Shown here: piece by piece, positions 27,730 to 36,343 of the stretch
Layout: every line of letters begins with the position of its first letter
Numbering within the stretch: the first letter of the stretch is position 1
Source: an uncultured Flavobacteriaceae bacterium
Lineage (GTDB): Bacteria; Bacteroidota; Bacteroidia; Flavobacteriales; Weeksellaceae
Direction of reading: 5' to 3'
DNA: 39,380 nucleotides
NCBI GenBank assembly: GCA_963519505.1
Contig: CAUQOP010000001.1
Location: 1 to 39,380 of the forward strand
The notes under the pieces: model-generated
The model's database searches: none
Told to the model about the DNA's origin: nothing
The model's input: only the letters and a program-made list of their open reading frames with translations
Program-made: the position numbers and the translations under genes

Positions 27730-29049
27730 TTACATATCCTCCAAGCTCCACGCATAAAAATCTTTTTTATAGGAATTAAATTGCGGATTTTGGATTAAAA
27801 ATTCGGCAGCTTTTTGTCTTAGTTTTTCTATATTTATATTGTTCTTTTGTCGTTTTATTTCCGCGAAATCTATGCTTTTTTCTATTTCATTTACTGCTAT
27901 AAAATCTATTTCAGTTTCTCCTTTTCTATCCCAATAGTTGCCGATGCTCGTATAGGCTTGAGAAATTTGAGCATTTTCTCTAAAATACTTTTCTAACATA
28001 TGTCCGCTGAATGAAGAAAAATCCCTTTCTATGATCTTTTGCAGCTGTTCATATGCCCCTATTTCTATCATTGATGAATATTTATAGATGAACCTAAACC
28101 AAAACATGATAAAATTATCTTCTATCTGATATTTTACATTTTTAGTTGAGCTTTTTGTAAAAATAGGCTGTTGTTTTTTTATCAGATTAAAATCTCTCTC
28201 CATTTTGGTTAAATAGCCTCCAATTTCCTTTTTTAACAAGTTTTCTATCTCAGCTCTTGTATTTTTCCCTTCAGAAATAGCCGTTAAAATGCTAAAATAA
28301 GTTCCATATTCTTTTCCAAACTCATCTATCAAAAGATTTTTCCCTTCAGAAATGAAAATAGAATTCTCATCTATCATTCCTTCTATCATTTTTTCTTTGC
28401 TTGTCCATCCATTATCCATAAAAAGCTGAACATATTTTGCCACACCTCCTGTAAAACTGTACAAAGCCAATAAATCATCAGGGGTATAGCTGGGACTATA
28501 ATCTGATAAAATTTCCTTTAAAGTATTGGTTTTAAATGCTTGTAGCTTTATGAAATGATTCGCTCTTCCGAATAAAGGTTCTTTATAATTTTCAAAAATC
28601 TTGTACATCAATGAAATTACAGAGCCTGAAACTATTAGATTCAGCTTAGCCTTATCCTTATGCAAATCCCAAATTCTTTGCATATCGCTATAAACCGATG
28701 GATTTACTGTGAAAAACTCTTGAAATTCATCAATTATCAAGGTAATGTTTTGTTCATATGATAGCTGAACAATATATTCAAAAAGAACAGAAAACGAATT
28801 TACTTCTCCCAAAATAGGTGGATTTAATTTCTCTTTTAATTCTTGTAGAAAATCCTGGCATAAGATAACCTCTGATTTTTTTGCTACAAAAAAGTACAGA
28901 AACTTTGTATTTTCATAGGATTTTAACAAAAGTTGAGTTTTTCCAATTCTTCTTCTCCCAGTTACCACACTAAATTGAGCATTCTTTTTTGATTGCTCTT
29001 TAATTTCGAGTAGTTTTTTGATTTCTTTTTCTCTGTTGTAAAATTTCAT
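27730..29049 (-). CDS. AAA+ ATPase of the Arch_ATPase/DUF234 type with PD-(D/E)xK-like C-terminus
   Basis: Walker A is TGRRRIGKTQLL and Walker B is TLIIDEFQEF. The C-terminal GETEIDFIAV...IDFAEIKRQ looks like a D..E.K nuclease motif. The likely start is MKFYNREKE at 29049; the ORF track extends to 29088. Confidence 0.75.
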   Translation of the reverse strand: MKFYNREKEIKKLLEIKEQSKKNAQFSVVTGRRRIGKTQLLLKSYENTKFLYFFVAKKSEVILCQDFLQELKEKLNPPILGEVNSFSVLFEYIVQLSYEQNITLIIDEFQEFFTVNPSVYSDMQRIWDLHKDKAKLNLIVSGSVISLMYKIFENYKEPLFGRANHFIKLQAFKTNTLKEILSDYSPSYTPDDLLALYSFTGGVAKYVQLFMDNGWTSKEKMIEGMIDENSIFISEGKNLLIDEFGKEYGTYFSILTAISEGKNTRAEIENLLKKEIGGYLTKMERDFNLIKKQQPIFTKSSTKNVKYQIEDNFIMFWFRFIYKYSSMIEIGAYEQLQKIIERDFSSFSGHMLEKYFRENAQISQAYTSIGNYWDRKGETEIDFIAVNEIEKSIDFAEIKRQKNNINIEKLRQKAAEFLIQNPQFNSYKKDFYAWSLEDM

Positions 29050-29324
29050 ACCACAAACATAAGAAATGTGCATTTCCGAAACAAACATTTCGAAAAAAAT
29101 ATTTAATTTATAAAAATCTATGAATCAAAGTTGAAGGTTTTATTGATGTATATTTTGAGATTTATAATTATTTATAGTTCCAAAAACTATCTTAAAAGAA
29201 AACAAATAAATAAAACGGGAAAAAGAACTATTTTTAGAAAAGATTATTTGGAGGAATTATAGTTTCAAAAAAGGGTCGGTTTTTAGGAAAAATTTAACGG
29301 TTTAATTATTTCATATTAAAATGG

Positions 29325-29353
29325 ATTTGGTTTAAAAAAAAGTTTTACTTTTG
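29325..29353 (+). promoter_or_regulatory. Candidate Bacteroidota promoter for the tssK operon
   Basis: TTTG at 29325-29328 and TACTTTTG (TAnnTTTG) at 29346-29353, 26 nt upstream of the tssK ATG. Confidence 0.4.
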
Positions 29354-29379
29354 TAAGGATTTAATTAAAAGTTGAGTTT

Positions 29380-30540
29380 ATGACAGAAACATTACATTAT
29401 TTTCCTGTTCATTGGATAGATGGAATGAAGATTAACAAAGGACATTTTTTATCTGTCCAAGATAGTATGAGTGATATGCTCCGTGATGGAATTGGCATCC
29501 ATTTATCAATGCAAAATTATGGTCTGCTTCCTGTTGAAGACTCACTTAAACTGAGTTTAAGTATTGATAATCATAAACTTCTTCGTGTACGAGTAGAAGA
29601 ATGTCAAGCAGTAACTCCAAACGGCTCCCGAATATCCATTGGAAAAGGTGTTGCTGAACAATTGCAATTATCCATTCCTTATCCAGAAGCAGCATATGAG
29701 TTAAAAGACGATGAAAATATAACACTTTTAGCATGTATTTCTGTAAACCCATTTAAACGAATTCCTTTTGGGGAGCCAGATCCAGATGAGAATCCGCCAA
29801 GATATCCATTTACACAACCTGAATATAATCTACATTTAATTCCCGAAAATGAGCTAAAAAACACCGTAGGGTTTGGGCTTAGCTACCTTACAATTGGCAA
29901 GGTTTTAGTAAATGCTGGAGAGTCGCGTATAGATGAAAATTATATTCCTCCTTGCGTGAATGTTTCTTCACATTTAAAATTAAAGGATTTATATTCATCT
30001 ATAGAACATTTTTATGGTCAAATGGAGCTTTATTCAGTGCAGATAGAGCAGAAAATTCGGGTAAAAAATCAAAATAATTCCTTAGCAGTAATGATTGGGC
30101 TTTTAGCAGAAAAGACACTTAATTATTTAGGAATGGAGATCAATCGTTTCCGTTGGTTGTCACCACATCGTCCACCTGTTGAAATGTTCCTTTCTGTAGT
30201 GAGTTTAGCAAGAGTTTTGAAAAATTTCATTGATGCTAAATCTGGTGCAGGTAAGGAGGAACTACTCAATTATTTTTCGGAATGGTGTAATCTGACACAA
30301 GGAAATTTTGAGCAAATATTTACTGAGGTTATTAATTCTGATTACGATCACAATCAGATGGATATTGTCATCAAAAAAATTGTAGTTTTTATGAAAACAT
30401 TAGAGGAACTGTTTTCAATTCTCAACCGCTTGGATTATATCGGCAAGAAGCGAGACGGTAGTATTTTTGTTTCTGAAAACACAGACGAACGAGAGGCTGT
30501 TGTCCATGCAAAAAGAAGTAGAACTTTTTTGGCTGATTAG
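29380..30540 (+). CDS. tssK: T6SS baseplate subunit TssK
   Basis: 386 aa. The N-terminal PVHWIDGMKINKGHFLSVQD parallels the canonical TssK start (W.EGM.L.PQHFQQ). Confidence 0.85.
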   Translation: MTETLHYFPVHWIDGMKINKGHFLSVQDSMSDMLRDGIGIHLSMQNYGLLPVEDSLKLSLSIDNHKLLRVRVEECQAVTPNGSRISIGKGVAEQLQLSIPYPEAAYELKDDENITLLACISVNPFKRIPFGEPDPDENPPRYPFTQPEYNLHLIPENELKNTVGFGLSYLTIGKVLVNAGESRIDENYIPPCVNVSSHLKLKDLYSSIEHFYGQMELYSVQIEQKIRVKNQNNSLAVMIGLLAEKTLNYLGMEINRFRWLSPHRPPVEMFLSVVSLARVLKNFIDAKSGAGKEELLNYFSEWCNLTQGNFEQIFTEVINSDYDHNQMDIVIKKIVVFMKTLEELFSILNRLDYIGKKRDGSIFVSENTDEREAVVHAKRSRTFLAD

Positions 30541-30609
30541 ATCTTTGATCTTGATTAAAATAACCTACAACAATTAAAACAATAAACAACTCCAAACAGA
30601 CAGTAAAAA

Positions 30610-31122
30610 ATGGAAGTATTAAATAAGACAGAGCGTAGAAAATCATTTTTATTTTTCTTAATATTTTTTGGTCTTACGATGGGATTGCTTCTTATAGCAG
30701 TGTTTTTCAATGTTGCTTTTCCTTTTGTAGAAAATCAACTATTAAAAAAAGAAAACCAAAAGATGAAACAGGAAATGGAAATTCAAAATCGATTTTCGTT
30801 TCAGTTGGAGCAGGTGAAAGGTGCGGTCGATTCTATTGGTATTGCAGGACAAAATGATTATTTTAACGAAAAACTAGCACTTTCTGTCTTGGCAGATATG
30901 TATAAACAACTTCCTAAGGACTCTTTACAAAACAAGACAATGTATAACAATACCATCATGACTTACAAAAGTCTGATTGATGCCAAAAAAGAAATCAAAC
31001 ATTTGTCTATGAATAGAGAAACCATGGATAGTTTGAGTAGTCTAAACAAAGCTCTAAAGGAAGAATATGATAAAATGAAAACTGATCTAGAAGTATGTAG
31101 ACAAATTTATCAATCCCAATAA
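30610..31122 (+). CDS. tssO: Candidate T6SS-iii transmembrane protein TssO
   Basis: 170 aa with a single N-terminal TM helix (FLFFLIFFGLTMGLLLIAVFF) followed by a coiled-coil-like region. The size and topology are those described for TssO, and it lies directly after tssK. Confidence 0.55.
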   Translation: MEVLNKTERRKSFLFFLIFFGLTMGLLLIAVFFNVAFPFVENQLLKKENQKMKQEMEIQNRFSFQLEQVKGAVDSIGIAGQNDYFNEKLALSVLADMYKQLPKDSLQNKTMYNNTIMTYKSLIDAKKEIKHLSMNRETMDSLSSLNKALKEEYDKMKTDLEVCRQIYQSQ

Positions 31123-31125
31123 GAG

Positions 31126-31638
31126 ATGAATATTCTTAAGTTTTTTCTATTTGGGTTTAGTTTCATTGCTGTAAATTTTGCTTTCAGTCAAGAAAATGAA
31201 GAAATCCCTTGTAATATTTTAGAAAATCAACAGAAACTGCACAAAAAACATTTTTTGAGTGGGACCCCTCTTCTTTTGATGGTTGATAATGCTGAAAACC
31301 TTTATGTAAAAGCGCAGATTGGAAAAAGAACAGATAAAATATTTTTATATCTGAATGTTTTAGCACCAAATGTCTGTATTGAAAAAGGGAGGAATGTTGA
31401 TATTTATTTTCATTCTGGCGAAATTCTACGCCTAAAGAATGATTTTCGACTGAATTGTGAAGGAATATGGGTAAAACAATTGTCCCAAAAAGAGCTTCAG
31501 AAATTTACAGAATATCCTATCCAGCATATCAAGATTTTTTCTTACCATAAAGATTATGAGTTGAATATTTCTGAGGAACAAGACCAAAATATTAAATCCC
31601 AGATAGCATGTTTGGAACGACTTAAAGTAAGAAAATAG
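31126..31638 (+). CDS. Secreted/periplasmic hypothetical protein inside the T6SS operon
   Basis: 170 aa with the signal peptide MNILKFFLFGFSFIAVNFAFS|QE and no lipobox Cys. It starts 3 nt after the previous stop. Confidence 0.5.
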   Translation: MNILKFFLFGFSFIAVNFAFSQENEEIPCNILENQQKLHKKHFLSGTPLLLMVDNAENLYVKAQIGKRTDKIFLYLNVLAPNVCIEKGRNVDIYFHSGEILRLKNDFRLNCEGIWVKQLSQKELQKFTEYPIQHIKIFSYHKDYELNISEEQDQNIKSQIACLERLKVRK

Positions 31639-31669
31639 ATAAAATTTTAACTCAAAAGACAAAAATAAA

Positions 31670-32371
31670 ATGTCAAGCAGGTTGCCCTCTCTTAATCTTC
31701 GTTTGGGAGATTTTCAAGCCCATAAACAAATTGATAATGAGAATGAAATCTCCAATGTTCTAGTTAGAACAGATTCAGAGATGAAGAAGCATACAATTAC
31801 TCTTACCATTACAGATAAGGAAATTGGGACAGCAAAAATTGAGGTAGAGGGACAAGTGCTAAAAATCCCAACATATCAATTGAGAGTTACTGATGATAAA
31901 ACTGAAGAAATTAGAGATTTTCAGGTCATTAGAGACTTTCCAAAGATGAAAAAGAAAGAGATTAAAAAATCATGGCTGTCTTTTTTAGGAATTTCTTGGT
32001 TTGATAGTGAAAATTATTTTTACGAAAATGTGTCTTTTGAACCTAAATACAATGAAATAGAGAAATTTCAACTGGTAAAACACCGTCATTTGGAAGAAAA
32101 CCAGCTAGTTTATGAGCTTCAAAATGCTGAAAATAAAGTCATTGTTTTTTCTGGAAGTATCCCTAAACTAAATGATAAATCAGAAAATAACCCATATTTT
32201 TGGATTATAGATCATGTTGAAGGTCAGAGTTTTATAGGAGATATATTGTATCGTGAGAAATTTTTGAAATTAACTCCCCAAATAGAACTTTTATTAATAA
32301 AAAGGAAGAAAACCCCTAAAAATATAGAGAGTAACAACAAGGGAGAAATCCAGCGGTTTATTTATATATAA
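31670..32371 (+). CDS. Hypothetical T6SS-embedded protein (possible TssP-type component)
   Basis: 233-aa ORF between the tssO-like gene and tssE with no signal peptide. The assignment is positional only. Confidence 0.35.
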   Translation: MSSRLPSLNLRLGDFQAHKQIDNENEISNVLVRTDSEMKKHTITLTITDKEIGTAKIEVEGQVLKIPTYQLRVTDDKTEEIRDFQVIRDFPKMKKKEIKKSWLSFLGISWFDSENYFYENVSFEPKYNEIEKFQLVKHRHLEENQLVYELQNAENKVIVFSGSIPKLNDKSENNPYFWIIDHVEGQSFIGDILYREKFLKLTPQIELLLIKRKKTPKNIESNNKGEIQRFIYI

Positions 32372-32385
32372 TTAGTAAATGAAAA

Positions 32386-32814
32386 ATGAAAGGACTATAT
32401 TATAAACTTCCCTTGGATTTTCAAGGGTTGATGAAGCGAAAAGACATAGATAAAATATCGATAGAAGATTCTATTCGACAGCATATTTTTTTGATTTCTA
32501 CAACCTCTTTTGGGGAATGCAAATTTGATGAGAGTTTTGGTTCAGAGATTTGGGAAATGGATTTTGACCTGCTCAAAAGCAACAACAACTTACGAGAGAT
32601 GATGATGAATAGTCTAAAGAGAGATATTTCTAAAAACGAGAAACGAGTAGTTTTGGAGGATATAAGTGTTGAAATTTCAGATTATAATCTTGGAACAATG
32701 GGCAAAACAAGAATGAAAAAGCGGGTGCAACTTACCCTCAAAATGCTGATAAAAGAGACCAATCGTCCATTATTTTTTCAAAATTCCTTTTTTGTAGGAC
32801 CAATTTCTTATTAG
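32386..32814 (+). CDS. tssE: T6SS baseplate wedge protein TssE (GPW/gp25 family)
   Basis: 142 aa. SIRQHIFLISTTSFGECKFDESFGSEIWEMDFD is the gp25-like core. Confidence 0.85.
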   Translation: MKGLYYKLPLDFQGLMKRKDIDKISIEDSIRQHIFLISTTSFGECKFDESFGSEIWEMDFDLLKSNNNLREMMMNSLKRDISKNEKRVVLEDISVEISDYNLGTMGKTRMKKRVQLTLKMLIKETNRPLFFQNSFFVGPISY

Positions 32815-32930
32815 ATAGTTTTAATTATTTAGTAAAGGTTAAAAATTATTTTTTAATAAATTATAAAAAGTATAATACTATAAATAATTTTTATAGAGGT
32901 TATAAAAATTATTGAAAAAGTATAAAAGAC

Positions 32931-32960
32931 TTGCACAAGAAGAAAAAATTGCTATCTTTG
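32931..32960 (+). promoter_or_regulatory. Candidate Bacteroidota promoter for the hcp-vgrG operon
   Basis: TTG at 32931-32933, a 19-nt spacer, then TATCTTTG (TAnnTTTG) at 32953-32960. This is about 70 nt upstream of the first hcp. Confidence 0.4.
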
Positions 32961-33031
32961 TAGGAGAGTATTATTCTGAGAAGAGAAGCCATATTTGGTT
33001 ATATTGAATATTAAAATTAAATTAAAATACT

Positions 33032-33418
33032 ATGTCATTTAAAGCAAAATTAAAAGTTGCAGGAAAAGAACGCAACATCTTGTCAGTAGATTTCGGAATG
33101 CTGCAAGAAACAGATCCTACAGGAAGACCCTCATCAGTAACTAGAGGCGGAAAAATCCACATCGTTGTAGAAGGTACAGGTGAAACTGACCTTTTTGAAT
33201 GGATGACCAACTCCTTTGAACGAAAAGATGGAAGCATTGTTTTTTATAAGCGAGACAGTGATGCTACCTTGAAAGAATTAAAATTCAAAGAAGCCTATAT
33301 TGTAAAATATAGAGAAGATTTTGATTCCACTGGTGATACTCCATTAAAAGAAGTTTTCACACTGAGTGCTAGAGAAATAGAAATGGGAAATGCCATTCAC
33401 ACTAATGAATGGGTGTAA
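33032..33418 (+). CDS. tssD: T6SS tube protein Hcp/TssD, copy 1
   Basis: 128 aa, the Bacteroidota TssD size. MSFKAKLKVAGKE.N.LSV...QETDPTGRPS.VTRGGKI..VVEGTGE is typical. Confidence 0.85.
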   Translation: MSFKAKLKVAGKERNILSVDFGMLQETDPTGRPSSVTRGGKIHIVVEGTGETDLFEWMTNSFERKDGSIVFYKRDSDATLKELKFKEAYIVKYREDFDSTGDTPLKEVFTLSAREIEMGNAIHTNEWV

Positions 33419-33452
33419 GTTCAATTAACAAAAAACATTAAAAATTAGTTTT

Positions 33453-33839
33453 ATGTCATTTAAAGCAAAATTAAAAGTTGCAGGAAAAGAATATAATGTA
33501 CTGAGTGTAAGCTATGGATTGTTCCAAGAAACTGATCCTACAGGGCGTCCTTCAACAGTTACAAGAGGAGGAAAAATAGATATTACTGTAGAAGGCACAG
33601 GTGAAACTGACCTTTTTGAATGGATGACCAACTCCTTTGAACGAAAAGACGGATGTGTGGTTTTTGTCAAGAGAGACAGCGATGCTACTCTGAAGGAACT
33701 AAAATTCACAGAAGGATATCTTGTAAAACACAAAGAAAACTTTGATTCTACGGGAAAAAATCCGCTTACGGAAAGTTTTACAATATCTGCAAGAAAGATA
33801 GAGATGGGAACTGGCGCTTACGAAAACGAATGGGTATAA
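33453..33839 (+). CDS. tssD: T6SS tube protein Hcp/TssD, copy 2
   Basis: 128 aa, by eye about 75% identical to copy 1. The first 11 codons are identical. Confidence 0.85.
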   Translation: MSFKAKLKVAGKEYNVLSVSYGLFQETDPTGRPSTVTRGGKIDITVEGTGETDLFEWMTNSFERKDGCVVFVKRDSDATLKELKFTEGYLVKHKENFDSTGKNPLTESFTISARKIEMGTGAYENEWV

Positions 33840-33882
33840 GCTGGAAGATCAGCCCATTTACAAAAACAAAATAATAAAAAAT

Positions 33883-33937
33883 GGACAATAAAAAACTAAT
33901 GCTTAATTATGTTTTTTGTTGTTCGTTTTTCTTTTTT
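33883..33937 (+). terminator. Possible weak rho-independent terminator/attenuator after hcp copy 2
   Basis: GGACAATAAAAAAC (33883-33896) can pair with GTTTTTTGTTGTTC (33911-33924), including G-U pairs. It is followed by GTTTTTCTTTTTT. The stem is AU-rich, so this is uncertain. Confidence 0.3.
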
Positions 33938-34019
33938 AAGAACCTAAAATATCAGTAGATTGAAGGGTTAAAAAAGTAAAAGATTAACATAAATCATTAA
34001 CTATTAAATATTAAGAAAA

Positions 34020-34406
34020 ATGTCATTTTTATCAAAATTAGAATTGGACGGAGGTAGTTATAATATCCTAGAATGTTCATATGAATTTACCCAGTCAATA
34101 GACAGTATGGGAAAACCTCAGGGAATGCCTAAGGGCGGCGAAATTAGAATAAGAATAGAAAGCATGGGCAATCCAGACCTGCTCAACTGGATGCTGGATC
34201 ACAGCCAGACCAAAGACGGAAAAATTATTTTCTTTAGAAGAGATGCGATGAGCAAACTGCAGGAACTGAAATTTGAAAAAGCCTATTGTATCAATTTCAA
34301 GGAGCATTTTAATGCTAATGATACCCAGCCTTTACAAATTGAAATGGTGCTGATTGCCAAAACATTAGATATTAATGGTGCTGCTCATCAAAAAAATTGG
34401 AGGTAG
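34020..34406 (+). CDS. tssD: T6SS tube protein Hcp/TssD, divergent copy 3
   Basis: 128 aa with the same architecture (MSF..KL...G..YN.L...Y...Q..D..G.P......GG.I...E) but only distant identity to copies 1 and 2. Confidence 0.75.
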   Translation: MSFLSKLELDGGSYNILECSYEFTQSIDSMGKPQGMPKGGEIRIRIESMGNPDLLNWMLDHSQTKDGKIIFFRRDAMSKLQELKFEKAYCINFKEHFNANDTQPLQIEMVLIAKTLDINGAAHQKNWR

Positions 34407-34481
34407 ACAAAGCCATCAAAAAAAGATTGAAAATTAAAATAATAAAATAGAAAAAATTAACCTAAAAACTGTAGAATAAAG

Positions 34482-36341
34482 ATGAATATCAATAAAATCC
34501 GCTCGTTTGGGGAATGGCTTAGTGACAAAGAAAATCCTATGGTCTATTGCCTGCTGAGCCTAGATGGTGAGCCCTTTTTGTCCCGAAACAGCTATGAAGT
34601 GATTCTAGAGCAGAAAACCAATGCACATGATACATTCAGCATTATTGTTCCTGATGATGCGCTGGATACTTATGAGGGCTTTGTGATGGAAAATTCCAAG
34701 AAACTTTTAGGGAAGAAAATCAGCTTGAGTTACTGGCAATATGGTTCTGAGAACCAAGTGTTTTCAGGAATTGTTACAGGACTGAAGAACCGAAAAGAGA
34801 GCGGCTACGGAAAGCTTGTGATTACAGGTCACTCGCCGAGTATTCTGCTGGAAAACGGCAGAGCAGACCGCAGTTTTGAGCAATTATCTTTATCGCAGAT
34901 TGTCAAAGAAATAGGGGTGAATTATCCTCAGGAAGGAAAAATCCATGCTGAAGAACAGGAACTCAATGTGAGAAGAGTTCTCCCTTATACGGTTCAGTCA
35001 CAGGAGAGTGATTTTGGTTTTATCCAAAGACTGGCAACGCGCTATGGTGAGTATTTTTACTATAATGGTAAGGAACTCATCTTTGGAAACAAAGCAGAGC
35101 CTGTTTTGGAACTTTCAGAGGGCAGAGAACTGATAGAGCTAGAGTTTGAATTAGGTCTAAGAGCTCAAGGATTCAGCGGTCTTGCCTATGATGCAGAAAA
35201 GGGTGAAAGTATCCAGCATAATGCTCAGGAAGTTCAGACAGAATGGAAAGAAAACGCCCTGCAGGCAGTGGCTGTACAGGCTTCCAAACAGCTCTTTGGG
35301 AATGTGCCAAAGAGTGTATTCAGTGGAAGTGAAAAATCTCAGGAGTTAGAAGAAATGCTTTTAAAGGAGAAAGAAAACCGTGAGAGCTTGATTTGGGTAA
35401 GAGGTAGAAGCAGAGATTCCAGGCTGAAAAATGGCAGCAGAGCGAAATTGATGGACATCAACGGACGGGCGATGGAAACTTATAGAATTGTAGAAATCAG
35501 ACATTACTACAATGGTGATGAATACTACAATGAGTTTGTAGGAGTGTCTGATGTGCTGCACCCACCATATCAGGATAGTGGAGCCTTTCCAAAGTCACAT
35601 GAACAAATGGGCAGAGTGGTAGAAAATGCTGACCCACTGGGACTGGGCAGAGTAAGGGTACAGATGGTGTGGCAGGAGGCAGGAAGTGAAAAGACCCCTT
35701 GGATAAGACTTTTGCAGCCACACAGTGGAAGTGGAAAGGGATTTTATTTTGTTCCAGAAATTGGCGAAGAAGTATTGGTGGGCTTTCAGGGAGGAAATGC
35801 CGAAAAACCGTATGTCATCGGAACACAGTACAACGGCAAGGAAAAGTCTGGCTATGCTGATAAAGAGAACAGCATCAAAGCAGTGCATACAAGGAGTGGG
35901 ACGAAAATTATACTCAATGATTCGGAGGGAAGCATTTTAATAGAAGACCCCAGCGGAAATACCTATCATATGGACGGACAGGGAAATATCAAAGTCTCTG
36001 CACCGAAAAACATCAGCTTTACAGCTGGACAGAATATCAACATCAGTGCTGGGCAGAATATTACCACAACTGCTGGAATGAACATCAGCACTTCAGCGGG
36101 AATGAATTACACCCAGATAGTTGGCGTGAATTTCGTAAGCACAGTGGCTGGAAATGTAAATCATTTTATCAGTGGAACTTTGACTGAGCTTATCGAAGGA
36201 GATGTCCATAATGAAGTAATGAAAGGCAAAACAACAGTGAATAATGATGGCGGAATAGAATATTTTTCCGAAACGACCATCAGCAGAAGTGCAGAAAAAG
36301 AAATCCAAAATAACAGCGGTGAAAAATCTAAATTGTTTTAG
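34482..36341 (+). CDS. vgrG: VgrG/TssI spike protein
   Basis: 619 aa. The gp5 OB-fold hallmark is GRVVENADPLGLGRVRVQMVWQ...TPWIRLLQPHSGSGKGFYFVPEIGEEVLVGFQGGNAEKPYVIG. A beta-helical repeat region follows (SAGQNITTTAGMNISTSAGMN). Confidence 0.92.
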   Translation: MNINKIRSFGEWLSDKENPMVYCLLSLDGEPFLSRNSYEVILEQKTNAHDTFSIIVPDDALDTYEGFVMENSKKLLGKKISLSYWQYGSENQVFSGIVTGLKNRKESGYGKLVITGHSPSILLENGRADRSFEQLSLSQIVKEIGVNYPQEGKIHAEEQELNVRRVLPYTVQSQESDFGFIQRLATRYGEYFYYNGKELIFGNKAEPVLELSEGRELIELEFELGLRAQGFSGLAYDAEKGESIQHNAQEVQTEWKENALQAVAVQASKQLFGNVPKSVFSGSEKSQELEEMLLKEKENRESLIWVRGRSRDSRLKNGSRAKLMDINGRAMETYRIVEIRHYYNGDEYYNEFVGVSDVLHPPYQDSGAFPKSHEQMGRVVENADPLGLGRVRVQMVWQEAGSEKTPWIRLLQPHSGSGKGFYFVPEIGEEVLVGFQGGNAEKPYVIGTQYNGKEKSGYADKENSIKAVHTRSGTKIILNDSEGSILIEDPSGNTYHMDGQGNIKVSAPKNISFTAGQNINISAGQNITTTAGMNISTSAGMNYTQIVGVNFVSTVAGNVNHFISGTLTELIEGDVHNEVMKGKTTVNNDGGIEYFSETTISRSAEKEIQNNSGEKSKLF

Positions 36342-36343
36342 AA

